NCBI GenBank assembly: GCA_951406725.2 | Contig: OX597823.1 | Coordinates: 106,950,001-107,014,000 of the forward strand | Direction of reading: 5' to 3' | Length of the DNA: 64,000 nucleotides | Source of the DNA: Octopus vulgaris | Taxonomy: Eukaryota | In this document: positions 14,830-28,701 of the stretch, piece by piece | Numbering within the stretch: position 1 is the stretch's first letter | Layout: every line of letters starts with the position of its first letter | Program-made: the position numbers and the translations under genes | The notes under the pieces: model-generated | Database searches by the model: none | What the model was told of the DNA's origin: nothing | What the model saw: only the letters and a program-made list of their open reading frames with translations

Positions 14830-15035
14830 TAACTTTTACTTATTTCTGACACTAAAAAGCAGCCATTCTGGGGCACAGCTTTGAAGAGTTTCAGTCGTAA
14901 CAAATCGACACCAGTACTTAGTCTAATACTTTTGCAACGGTTTTTTGCCGAACTGTCAAGTTACAAAGATGTAAACAAACCAATACCGGTTGTCAAGCGG
15001 TGAGTGGGGGCAAACTCAAATACAAAGACACACTG
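14830..15035 (-). mobile_element. Diverged SINE family A tail segment
   Basis: Similar to 26625-26860 (CAGTACTTA...TTTGCCGAAC...GGTTGTCAAGC). Confidence 0.65.
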
Positions 15036-15075
15036 ATCGGCAGACAGACAGACAAATATATATATATATATATAT

Positions 15076-15766
15076 ATAGTAAAGCAAATAAAAGGGTTAG
15101 CAGCAGGCTGCTTCGCCTCATACCGAAGGAATTAGAAATGGCAGTCAAAGACTGTTTTTTCCATTTTCTGTAAGTGGAGATTCCAAAAACGAAGGCCCGT
15201 GCGGCTCACATACACAAAACCGGAGTAGCAAATAGACGCAAACAGTCACTTACCGTTAATAACGAACATGTTTCTGGATCACAAACTCAGAAAATAGTTT
15301 GATTTCCTTCTTCGGCGCTATATTCGATAGATTTACCAAATGCCACAGGCCCTCACTTCTGACCCAGCGACATCAGATAGTGGGGGAAGTGTGCAGATGT
15401 TAAAACTAAGTAATGACTGGGAACGTAAATTCTCCCTCCAAAATTCTGCCATGCGCGCCTTCTGGGTAATCGTAATGGAATAAGGGATCCACATGGTAAT
15501 GCAATAAAAATAGTAAATAATTTTTCTGTGGTTTTTCATGTAACCAACAATTATTTACCGGTAAATTTCGGTATGTAAATACGACAAATTCATCGTCAGG
15601 AACTTTGTAAGGTTCAGTATATAGTAAAGCAAATAAAAGGGTTAGCAGCAGGCTGCTTCGCCTCATACCGAAGGAATTAGAAATGGCAGTCAAAGACTGT
15701 TTTTTCCGTTTACTGTAAGTGGAGATTCCCAAAACGAAGGCCCGTGCGACTCACATACACAAAACC
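15076..15766 (-). mobile_element. Penelope pLTR/retrozyme-like partial tandem (unit 545 bp) with hammerhead motifs
   Basis: Near-identical direct repeats 15076-15221 and 15621-15766, flanked by (TA)n. Minus-strand hammerhead motifs at 15259-15321 and ~15545-15605. Confidence 0.7.
15259..15321 (-). ncRNA. Minimal type I hammerhead variant (U4C)
   Basis: Reverse complement reads ATAGCG-CCGAAGA-AGGA..CAAACT/AGTTTG..TCCA-GAAA-CATG-TT-CGTTAT. 6-bp stem I; palindromic AACATGTT stem III. Confidence 0.6.
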
Positions 15767-15844
15767 ATTTATATATATATAATATATAATTATATATATA
15801 TAAATATAATGTATATATATATATATATATAATTATATATATAT

Positions 15845-17017
15845 ACTAGCTGAAGGTGACCCGCTCTACGCGCGGATAAGAGTGTGGTTGTTACTTTCTG
15901 TTGCTTCCTTTCAGCACGTAAAAAACACCATCCGAACGTGGCCGATTGCAGCGCCGCCTTGACTTGCTTCTGTGCCGGTGGCACGTAAAAAGCACCAACC
16001 GATCGTTGCCGCTGCGAGCCCCCTGGCACCTGTGCCGGCGGCACGAAAAAAGCACCCACTACACTCACAGAGTGGTTGGCGTTAGGAAGGTCATCACCTG
16101 TAGAAACACTGCCAGATCAGACTGGAGCCTGGTGCAGCCTCCTGGCTTCCTAGACCCCGGTCAGACTGTCCAACCCGTGCTAGCACGGAAAACGGACGTT
16201 AAACGATGATGATGATGATGATTCTCCGTCTTTGTTTCTCTCTCCTTTCTCTCTCACTTTCCCACTCCTTACTTTTCTTTTCTCTCGGACTCTCCCTCGC
16301 TTTCTCTTACTCTCTATCTTTATCTCTCTCTCTCCCATTTATAAACAACAGAAGATCTTGAGTAAGTTGAGAAATAAAATATTTAGAAAGATCAATCATA
16401 AATATCAGGCAGTTGCAACGGAAAGGTCTGCTTCAAGGCAGACAGCAAAACGCTAACATTTAAAAGGGACAGACGAACTTGCGAGCTGAATAAAAAAAAT
16501 AAAATATTGGAAACCAAAGTTTGAAGGTATAGAATCTGAGGATAGTAGAGTCACCATGGCTGGCATTTCTTTACGACGGACAGCAACCTATTGACAGTTT
16601 AAAGGCTGGCGTAAAATTTTGAACTTGATGTAAAAGAAAATTCGTAAACACCAATTTTTGAAGTGATTCTTTCTCACGACAGTAGACTCACCATGGCCAG
16701 CATTCAAAACTTCTTTATCATGGACGGCAACACATTGACGCAAATTTTTTAGCTTGATGTAACAGAGAATTCCTAAACACCCGCTCCTTGAAATTTTAAT
16801 CCCCTTCCAGCCCCATTTAGACCCCTTTTAACATTTTGATTAATATAACCCGATCTCATTCGGGTGTACTGGGGTCACATTTTATAAGATGAGGAATTTT
16901 GTCCTAGAGGTGACGCCTTTCATTTGAGGAAATAAATAGTTGTCATGCAAACTTGCCAGCACTTTTAACATAGGTGTGCATATTTTCAGCTGAATCGACC
17001 GACTACGTAATGCACAC

Positions 17018-17066
<49 letters not shown>

Positions 17067-17898
17067 GTGTGTGTGTGTGTGTGTGTGCACGCATTATATA
17101 TACAAATGTATACAAATGAGATATATATCTGTATAAATTAAATTAGAGATAAAACCACTAATAGGCAAATCAAACAGTGAAAAACCAAAAACAAAAACAT
17201 AAAAAAATATAATATAGAAAATATATAAAATATAAAATTGAAAAATTTAAATTATTTAAATTGAAAATAAAAATTATTAAATTATATTTATAATTTGTTT
17301 AAAAATATATATAACTATGAAAAAGTATGAAAAAGTTTAATATACATAAATACAGATATATACACTTTGTATATATACATTATATATATAGAACACACGC
17401 ACACATACATTATATATACATATTCATATATAGAACACACACACACACATACATTATATATAGAACACACACACATACACACATATAAATGAACGCAAGA
17501 ATATCTGATTCATAATATTTGTTCTCATGCTCGTGTGTTGTTGGTGACAGACAGATACATAAAAGAACGCCGAAGCGATGGGAAGGTAGGAAACAGACTG
17601 AGTGAAAAAGAGAGGAAATAGCGAGAGTGAGTTTATGAAGACAGATACTTTAAATAACGGAAGTGTAATTGTCAAAGTTATATATAAAGGGGAGTGAGAG
17701 GGTAATAGAGGAAATAGCGTGAGTGAGGAAGATGGCCCCTAGCAACTACACCTTTTAAGCTAGGGTTTTCTAAGGTAGCCAACGGGCATCATCACCTCAT
17801 TCTACATGTCCCTGTAAATTTTGGAGCGAATCGGACAGGGTGTAGTGGCATTGAAAGCGATCCAAGCGGTAAAAACGCATTTCAGTTTTATATATAGA
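15845..17898 (+). mobile_element. Non-autonomous Helentron/Helitron-like element (HINE/DINE type) with nested insertions
   Basis: 5' ACTAGCTG..ACCCG..CGCGG. 3' ...TAAATTTTGGAGCGAATCGG...CAGTTTTATATATAGA. These termini are typical of the class. Confidence 0.55.
15910..16221 (+). mobile_element. SINE 3' part with RTE-type tail ending in (GAT)n
   Basis: Repeated GGCACGTAAAAAGCACC units, GGCGTTAGGAAGG...GGACGTTAAACGATGATGATG. Confidence 0.75.
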
Positions 17899-17965
17899 GG
17901 TATACATATATATATAGCTAGATGGGTAGATAGATACATAGATAGATAGATAGATAGATAGATAC

Positions 17966-18033
<68 letters not shown>

Positions 18034-18042
18034 GATAGATTG

Positions 18043-19765
18043 ATATGTTTCTTTATTAGCCACACAGGGTTGAACACAGAGGGGACAAATTACAAAGTAG
18101 AGCTTTTCTTTTAGGGGAGAAAACAAAAGGTTTTCGATCAAAAGGGATCGTAAAAAACAAAACGATCAATAGGAATCGTGTATCACAGAAATGTCATGAT
18201 GTAAAGTGTAAAGGGGGGAGCAGATCGGGTTTATCTGTGGAAAGAAAAGCCGACGGAAAAGACGACGGTTACCTCGGTCAGTAATGTCACATGTTAAAAC
18301 ATATATTTGCAAGTAAGTACTCTCTATTTAAAATTTTTCCGGGTTCATAGGATCATGCTCAAGGTGGCTTCGTCAGTCATACGTGCCATCCTTGCTACAA
18401 TCACCCATCTTAATTGAAACATTCGCTAGACAAAACTTGCCTCTCTACTCTCACTTTCCTTTTCAAGTGATACTTGAAGAAGTTGATGAGAGATTGACCA
18501 GAGAGGAAAGTGTTTGTCTCTAATCCTTTCAGACGCGTCCTCCAGATACATTCTTTCGCCATAGCGAAAGGATGATGAAAATATCTCTTCCTTCCCGTTT
18601 GAAGGAAGGAGGCGTGACAATACTGACGATAGACTCGGCTGATAAACCGACTCGTCCCACACGTGACAGCAGTCGTTCGACATAAGTCCACAGGTCGGAG
18701 ATTGTTGGACACAGCCCGATTGCGTGCAGAACGGTTTCGTCGCTCTGCCCGCATCTCGGGCAGGTCGGCCCCGTGTTTCTCGAGCCGTGTCTGTAGAGAT
18801 TATCCCGAACGGGTAGCGCTTCTAGGTAGCACTGCCAGGCCAGGGATCTCTGGAAGTTGTCCATAGGTCCCGGCCCGAAAGTCGTCTTGAACAGGTGGGT
18901 CAGGTATTCCTTGTCGATGCCCAAGTTCGCCCCGAGATCGTCGTCGTACCTCTCTTCTTCCACTAATCCCCTATAGAGTGCTTTTGTTGTGTTGAAGTCA
19001 CTCAAGGTCGACCCGGAACGGCATAGTTGTTTGAGATCAACGTGCCACTCGTGGTGCCATTCCCCTTCCTTGGCCTCTTTTTGATCCACGACTGGAGTTC
19101 GTTCATAGAGACGAGCTGCGGGAGGGCGTGCCTCACAAACGGCAACCACACCTGTTCATCGTCGTCTACATAGAGCCGGAGATGTCGCAGTCTCGGCGCG
19201 TGTCTGCGCATCGTCAACCACGGCATGCCCAGCCCTCCTTTTAACGGGTGTGGACAGCAAATGGATCGCCTGACCATCGGGACGCATCCTTTCCACAAGA
19301 AGCGGAAGAGAATGCATTCTAGTTTGGTGATGGTAGGGTCGGGACAAGGTACGACGGTCGGGTGGTAGTTGATGACGGACGCGATATACGTGTTCGCACC
19401 TCTGCCCGACCTTTTAGGGACAGTTTCCTCTCGGCCCATTGCCGTGCGGAAGTGACCACCCTACTCGTTATCTCGTTCCAGTTCTTCTCCATTTGGAGGT
19501 CTGGACCGAACCAGACCCCGAGCATCTCGACTGGACCGTCGTCCAGCTTCCCACGGCGTCCACGGCGCTGGTGGACGGCATGGACTTCTTCTCCAGTTGC
19601 CGAGCCGCAAGCCCACTGACTTTTCCTGGTTGATTTTCGCTCCTGTCGCCGCTTCGTAGTCTTTCAGTGTCTCGCCGACCAGCTCGATGTGCTCGTGACT
19701 AGACACTATGACGTTGACGTCGTCCGCGGAAGACGGGACCGAAACCAGCCGCTCTGAGGACAACC
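18043..19765 (-). mobile_element. 5'-truncated, frameshifted Tx1/L1-clade LINE (RT C-terminus, zf-RVT, 3' UTR)
   Basis: Overlapping ORFs contain SADDV (YADD-like), ATGAKINQEKS, LSLKGRAEV, FRFLWKG..GGLGMP and CPRC..ETVLHAIGLC. AATAAA is followed by a (TATC)n tail. Confidence 0.9.
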
Positions 19766-19951
19766 TCCAAGTATCGATTGTCTACCCTATCGAAAGCTTT
19801 CGATTGATCCAAATTGATCAGGGCCCCAACCATGCCAGGTTCCTTCTTTTTTCGACTTCACCATCATTATAATTACAAACATTGATTTCCACTATTATTT
19901 CTAACCGCTGCTACAGCACCACCTTCTCACACTACTACTACAACAACAACA

Positions 19952-20035
<84 letters not shown>

Positions 20036-20200
20036 GCTGCTGCTGCCACTGCTACCACAGCTGCTGCTCATTATATCAATAAAATTTAAAATACCGATCA
20101 TTACTTATTTTGGTCAATATCGATGATAATAATAATAATAATAATAACAACAACAACAACAACAACAACAACAACGATGATGATGATGATGATGATAGTG

Positions 20201-20257
<57 letters not shown>

Positions 20258-20692
20258 TTTATGGTATATACGTTGCTATTAATACAAGAATCACCAAGGG
20301 ACGCCATCAATTTTTTTCATTAAGGTATTCATTTCCATCTTTGTTTCTGTTACTGTAACAACAGTCACATTAACAACAGCACCGACAATTTCTCATTAAC
20401 ATCCACATTATCATCATAATCAAAATCACCACCATTTCCATCAACATCATCAACATCATCATCATCATCATCATCATCATGTTTAACAACATATTGACAA
20501 CCACGATGACGACGACGAATATAAAAACGATAGCAACAATCATCTGAAAATAAATGAAATGTAATTTAGAAGATACCCTCCCTCCAAAGACAAACTTTCA
20601 CCTCAAGCGCTATAAATATAGCTCACACATACACACACATAGACATACAGGGACACACAAATATACGAACGAAGACTCACCCGGTCACACGC

Positions 20693-20801
<109 letters not shown>

Positions 20802-20864
20802 CATGTTAAAATACGAACACAGAAATTTACTCAAGCTCAATGTGAACAGCAGAAATATCGACAG

Positions 20865-20897
<33 letters not shown>

Positions 20898-22702
20898 GAC
20901 AGACAGACACACACACACACACACACAAGCACAAACACACTCACAGACGCACACATATAGGTGCTCATATACGATCCATGCGCATAAGCACACAGGGTCC
21001 TACTGGGCTCCAAACAATGCCACAACTCACACAGGCTTTGCTATAAATGTATAACAGGAAGTCGCCATCAACGCCACTTTCCGATCAAAACAGACAGAAA
21101 TTAGTGTTTGTTTTTGGCTGCCATTTTAGCTCTTGTTATTTTTCCCGTCCTCGATGTTTCGTCTCTTCGGCTGCCATCTTTCTTGTTTTCTCAAACCGCG
21201 TACCACACACAGTCACTCCCCACCCTCTCTACCTTCCCTCCCTATCTCGCTTTCTTCTTTCCTTTCCTCTCCTCACTCCCCTCTCTCTCTCTCTCTCTCT
21301 CTCTTTCCCACTCTCATGTTCCACTTATCCTCCTTCTCTAACCCGATCACATTTTTTTAGATTGACAAACGAAGTTACAAACCAAACAGGTAGTTAGTTA
21401 TACATATGTTTATACATGTATATTTTTTCTTTTATCATCATGTCTAAGAATAAACACAAAAGTCACTCGCGCGCGAGCTAGCAAAAACAGTCCCGAGCGC
21501 ATGCACATATATTTATGCTGTTTGTTTGCCTCTAAGTTTAGACAAATAAATGCATCATTATTTTTACATACACAAACGCACCAACCCGCAGCCAAACACA
21601 GACACACATATGTATGCCTGTATGTATGTGTATGTATATGTACAGAAGATGGTTGAACAAGTGTTATATGACAAATAAAGGAACACTCAATATTCGTAAT
21701 AGTTAAATATTTATATAATTCCAATATAAGATCAATGAAAGCATGTTTCTCTGAGTCTCAGATAAACTCAACAGAAATTCATACTCAATTGAGCTAAAAC
21801 TATATCAGTAAGTTTTAAATCGTCAGACATATATCGACTCGATCCCAACAACTCTACGAATGAAAAATGTGTGTTACCTCCGCGCCAAGATCTGGATCAG
21901 CCTAATGCTAGTACATATTTGATTTAAGTCAGTTTTTGATTTCAGGTCTTGGGACCGTAAAGATTTGCTCCCAACACAAAAACTGTCCTGATCGCGATAA
22001 CTGCTGGTCATCATAACATTTGCTGAAAATTTGGCGTTCAACCCTTACCAAAAAATTTCAGCGTAGTTGCTCTAAAAGAAATGGTGAAGGAATTAGAAAC
22101 AGAATGAATAACTGAAGACAATAAAAAGTCAATCCCTGATACAGAGATTAACCCATGTGCTTTAAGATTATTAGTGGAAAGACAAAGTTACAAAAAATTA
22201 ACTTCAGATGGACACAAAGGTAAGAGTCTCCTTCAAAGCTACCAAGACATGTTACGAAGACTACCTTACGATCCCTCAATAGAAAGCATTTGAAAATAGG
22301 AAGTGCTCTTAGACGCTTTTGAACTCTGAGACTTCTGGTCTGATGCGAAGTTACTCGAGTATAAGCCAGATATCATTCCCTTCCCTCCTACATAGTTCAG
22401 AAATCCGAGTTTTCTGCCCTCGATATCTGATCCAATTCGTGGATTTCTACCAACACTCCTCTGGTTGTTTCCGAAAAACCAACTGTGAGGACTACAAAAC
22501 CAACAACAGCTTTCTCAAAGGGGAAGAAATCTCCTGCTTCGAAGCAACCAACATCAAGAAGTGCCCTTAGTGGGTGGGACCCTTGCTTTGAATAGAGGAC
22601 AACCGATTAAACACGTAGTTTTTTGCGGCCAATTGATGGAACAGAAACAAACAAGAGAATGACAGCTGAAGTACTTCAAGGAAATTCTGAAAGTAACACT
22701 GA

Positions 22703-22771
<69 letters not shown>

Positions 22772-22797
22772 CAGCAGCAGCAGCAGCAGCAGTTGTG

Positions 22798-22833
<36 letters not shown>

Positions 22834-23018
22834 ACTAAGCTAGAAATAAATTGTAGTGGTACACATTGCATAATTGGACACATCATTTCTCTACTACTAC
22901 TACTACTACTACCACTACCACCACCACTACTACTACTATTACTACAACTACTACTACTACTACCACCACCACCACCACTACTACTACCATTACTACAACT
23001 TCTACTACCACCACCACC

Positions 23019-23071
<53 letters not shown>

Positions 23072-23110
23072 CACTACCACTACTACTACAACTAATGGTA
23101 CTGCCACTGC
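22703..23110. repeat. (AGT)n and (ACT/ACC)n arrays in inverted orientation
   Basis: (AGT)n 22703-22832 faces (CTA)n 22890-23090. Confidence 0.9.
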
Positions 23111-23531
23111 TACTGCTGTTTTCCCAACCACTTTCACCGTCGCCATCACCGGAACCATCATTTCTTACTTTGTCATCGTTGACGAGTATGACACTTAAAA
23201 ACCTCCTCATAGTTTAAGTTAAATTTCTGTTTTCACATTTTCCTTATATTAACCCAAATTCTAGAAATAACAAAACTGTTTTTATTTAGGATTCTGGAAC
23301 AGCAAAAATAAAGGGAGCGACATGAAGGAGGGGTGGTCGGCCTTGTTCTCATGAAGTAAAGAATAATAACATTTGACAGGGGTTTGAAAATTGTCAAAAC
23401 AACAGATGGTGGGGTTTAATTAAACTTAACTATCTTTCAGTTCACTTGCTACCCTGGGCTCACCCTCACCACCTATGAATACATACAAATATTTGAACGT
23501 ACCCTCTATGTGTCTGTATGTATGTATGTGT

Positions 23532-23572
<41 letters not shown>

Positions 23573-23704
23573 CACATGCATATATAAACATACATATTTG
23601 CATATATAGCGTATATATTTATACATACATATTTTGTGTATGTGTATGTGTGTTTGTGTGTTTGTGTGTGTTTCCGTGTCTCTGTGTGTATAACTACTGT
23701 ATAT

Positions 23705-24107
23705 CAATGATACTTAAACGGTGTGCGGCAAGGAATGTCTAGGTGTGCCAGTGATTTTGATAAAAATATGATTTAATGCTTTAGAAAATGCGCACTAATT
23801 GTTAAACATCTTGGAAGGGTTAATTGTTAAACGTCTTGGATGGGTTGAGTATTAAACGTATTGAAAATTTTGTTATACGTAGATAAAATTAAAACGGTAA
23901 TTAATAGTTTTCCATACATACTGAATTCTAAATTTTTAGCATTAAATCAATATTTAATTTTTGTAAGTAAAATAGGGTGTTTTATCTCCAGTGCACCACG
24001 AAGTCAAAACTACTGAGAACTACTGCTGGACAGACAAACAGGCAGACAGATAGACAAAGAGAGCGAGAGAGAAAGAGAGAGAGAGAGGGAGAGACAGACA
24101 GACAGAC

Positions 24108-24141
<34 letters not shown>

Positions 24142-24160
24142 TCAGACAGTCAATTAGACT

Positions 24161-24246
<86 letters not shown>

Positions 24247-25560
24247 TCACATCTTTCAACTTATCCTCGATACCTACAACATCTATTCGCACTATCTAAG
24301 CTGCTGGCACAAAATACGGAAGTCAACAAAATGTTCTGAAACTGTCTTTATCTTGAAACCTACTCGAAAACTTCACCGCCATATGCAGGTGGAGCTGATG
24401 AAAATATGTAATTATTCAATGTTTCGCAATTTGAGAAAATTGTCATTCGCCTTTTGACACTTGACAGCCTTAATAGCTTGAGAAGATTATAATCCCCATA
24501 TAAGTCAGAATCAGTGCGTGTCTCGAGAAGTGTTACTAAGACTTTTTACAAATCGCAGATGACTTATTTGCTGGATGGATCCAGGGAAAAAACATCGCGT
24601 CTGGGATATCGATTCTAGATAGTTCCTGATGCAGTTGTCAAGACAACTTCAGAATTGAAAGCAATTGCTTCTATGCTTCATATTTAAGTCTGCAGATATT
24701 TCTGGAAAAGAAATATATGCAACATCTTGCAAATACAAGTACTTAAGACACACAATAATGGTGGCATTAAAAGCAATGGATCTGTTATATAATTCCAATA
24801 TCAAGCTGAGATTGTGATAATTAAGTGAATGATATCCAAATATTATTTTTTAAAGGGTGCAGTGTTGGTTAAAGAACAGACAATGAAAAAGCCAGACAAT
24901 GAACTCATCTCGTGCTTTGTAGCTTGAAATGGTCCCGTTCTCAGATGACTATCCGAGCGTATGTTTCATTTGTTGATGAAATTCTTAGTCAGTGAAAAAT
25001 CCAGCTGTTTGAGGTAATTTCTGGTAGGAGAGTTGTGCAAGTGTTTTGGCAGCAAAAATCTCGTTGATTCCTAAACACTGAGAAAGTTCAACTAGTTGTG
25101 TTTTATGACACCCAACTTGTGTGACAACAATCTCAGCTTCTGAGCATCGTCAATATTTGTGAATTTTATCTTCGAAGAGACCTTTACATTTTTTGGAATT
25201 AGTGTCAAAATTGACTCTTTCGAGAGAATCATACTAAAACCACTGGATTCTTCTTCAGTCACATTTGGTTCACACTCTTTGCCTTTACCCAAATATCCTT
25301 TATCCTACTTCCATGCATAGTCCAATTAGGTTTTGTACTCAGCTGACGGTATAAATATATTCAGAAAATCAATGAACTTTGATACTAATTCACTAATTGA
25401 TTTTTACTAATTAAAAAGAGTGATTAACTATTACTTTCCAAAAGTCAGGTTACCACAATTTTTTGTTTATATAGCATTACTACAAATCATGATTACATGA
25501 AATTTAAATAGTTAACGGGTTTTCCGACATTGCAAATATTAGCATGCCCTGAGATATTTT
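23705..25560 (-). mobile_element. Highly decayed hAT (Charlie-like) transposon relic
   Basis: End-like CAATGATACTTAAACGGTGTGCGGC at 23705. Minus-strand remnants KFTNIDDAQKL (DESTD..AQL-like) and NQHC (THC-like). Confidence 0.45.
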
Positions 25561-26624
25561 TCTTAAATTCAACCATTTTAATTTTTAATGTACCGGGTTT
25601 TTTAAAATCTTATTTTTATTATTACATTTTCAGTATGTTTAATGACCGAAAGTTAGTAGAAAAAGAAACAGAGTGTGGGATTAACTTAACGGAAAAGTGC
25701 TAAAGAATTTGATATCAGAATATGTTCACAAGTGCATACAGACGCACGGGAACTTACATACAAATCCACACATGTATAACATTGTTTTTTTATTATTTTT
25801 TTTACTTGTTTATGCTTTTGCGCTGTAACCACGTTGTAGCAAAATATTTAAAAGATTTAGTCAATCATATCATATCGACTCAAGTAATTGTGTTAGTCTA
25901 GTACTTATTATATTGATCTGTCTGTATTTGTTGAATCATTAAGTTACAGGGCATAAAAAGGCTCAATATAAACAATACCGGTTTTCAGAAAGATATGAAC
26001 AAAAGTACAGACTTTAAAATACGTTGTAATACACACATACACAGTCGCGCTCAAGCACACAGGCACATACACACGCGCGAACACACGACCACACACACAC
26101 ATATCGGGTTTTCCAATACACAATGTACTGTATATGAATATTTATTAAATCTTTAATGACGCCACTCAAAAACGCATGGTGTGCAAATTAGAGGAGCCTC
26201 ACCATCTTAATTCTAGTCTGCGTTTCACATAAATAGCAAAATATTGTAATTTCTTTTCTGAAGCAGAGAATGAGGAAGTATTTGTTCTCTGATGAGAAAG
26301 CATGAACCAAGAAATACGTCCTTTATTTTTCTATGTACTGAGGGAAAAATAAGATGTTTTTACGTCTGTTTAAAGGTGCACAAAGTTTAGCTCAGCTTAG
26401 GAACTGGTATTTGTTATGATATATTTAATTAATTAATTAATTAATTAATTGGGTATGTATATGAAAGAGTGTGATTAGTAGTCTTTCTACATTACTCAGT
26501 TACAGAAGTTTCACGCTGATGTTGCTGTCGGTTGCAGAACTTCTGGCAACATCATCAAAGCGTCAGGCTAAGAAACAATACGGCTAGCAATAAGGCTATA
26601 TAATGAACGGTAAAGGCCGACAGC

Positions 26625-27030
26625 ACTCTTTACTCTTTTACTTGTTTCAGTCATTTGACTGCGGCCATGCTGGAGCACCGCCTTTAGTCGAGCAACTCGA
26701 CCCAGGGACTTATTCTTTTTTTGTAAGCCCAGTACTTATTCTATCGGTCTCTTTTTGCCGAACCGCTAAGTGACGGGGACGTAAACACACCAGCATCGGT
26801 TGTCAAGCAATGCTAGGGGGACAAACACAGACACAAACAAACAAACACACATACATATATATACATATATACGACAGGCTTCTTTCAGTTTCCGTCTACC
26901 AAATCCACTCACAAGGCAATGGTCGGCCCGAGGCTATAGCAGAAGACACTTGCCCAAGGTACCACGCAGTGGGACTGAACCTGGAACCATGTGGTTGGTT
27001 AGCAAGCTACTTACCACACAGCCACTCCTG
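26625..27030 (-). mobile_element. Near full-length SINE family A (tRNA head, central microsatellite, tail ending in GTAAAAGAGTAAAGAG)
   Basis: Head matches 3550-3710; tail matches 50085-50265 and 52878-52925. Confidence 0.88.
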
Positions 27031-27603
27031 AGTTAAATAATATTTAGCAGTAATGTATGGGGCGTGGGCGCTAACTCGGGTAATTTGAGCGTTAGATCAA
27101 GTCCATTGGACAGGTTCTTTGCAAAAGAATATAATCGTTAAAGAATTGACGAGGATATGCTTACACACATAAATGTGAAACGTAGTTTATAAACAGGCAT
27201 AGACAGATACATTGTATACTATATATTTAATAATAATGTATGTATACACATACACACACGCACACACACTTACATATATATATATATGTATATACACACA
27301 CACACTCATACACACACATATTTATATATATGTGTGTATGTGTGTGTGTGTGTGTATTTTGCTTTTGCATCCTTTTGGCCATTGTTTTTGCTGCTCCTCT
27401 CCCTTCACTCACGTCTTTCTTTATTGTTTCTCTTTCCTCTCCCTCTCAGTCTCTCTGCGTGCATGCATATGTGCATATGTGTGTGTGTGTGTGTGTGTAT
27501 ACACACACACACACACACACATATATATATGTATATAAACTTATGTATGTATATATATGTGCACATATAAGTTTATATATATATATATATATATATATGT
27601 ACA

Positions 27604-27635
<32 letters not shown>

Positions 27636-27841
27636 TATTTACATGTATATATATGCATACCTTCGTCTTCTTGCTAGCTACGCAGCCATTAAGAACCTAC
27701 CGAACAGATCAACTACTTTTCTATTACAGTAAATTTATTATTATATATTCTATTGCAACTATTTTCCCCGCGGCTGAAAACTAGATCGTGTAGAAAAACA
27801 TAACCATATAACTATATGTATATATATGTTTATATATAAAC

Positions 27842-27992
<151 letters not shown>

Positions 27993-27995
27993 TAT

Positions 27996-28034
<39 letters not shown>

Positions 28035-28416
28035 TATGTTTATATATATATATATATATATATAAGGAACATCGATGCAGAAATGTAGTAAAGCATTCAC
28101 ATTTACACAATTCACACGCATACACACACACAAACACACATATTTATGTATACATACAAAACCACGGTCACACACGCATATATATATATACGTATGTATA
28201 TATATGTGTGTGTGTGTGTGCGTGTGTATAAATATGTATACACATACATATATATATATATGTGTGTACACACATACATATTCATATATAAGTGTCTTTA
28301 TTGAGACATACACAAATTTACATACATGAATAAGCACAAATACATGCATTTATATATGTATATACTGCTGTCTCTTTCTCTCCCTCTGTCTTTCTTTTCT
28401 GCTATATACATACATT

Positions 28417-28510
<94 letters not shown>

Positions 28511-28642
28511 CATATATGCATAAATATTTACACGTGTATGCATACATACAGGCATACATATACATATAAACATATATATATATATAAATATATATATATA
28601 ATTATGTATATATACACATATGTATGTATATATATATGTGTT

Positions 28643-28701
<59 letters not shown>

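Noticed and set aside
15910-16060. CRISPR-like repeat/spacer pattern (GGCACGTAAAAAGCACC x3)
   Set aside because: Internal tandem units of a SINE in eukaryotic DNA; the spacers are related to each other and there are no cas genes.
22334-22370. CTGATGC..TCGAG hammerhead-like string in a possible Penelope relic (21730-22400)
   Set aside because: Core broken (no GAAA); the protein remnants are too decayed to support.
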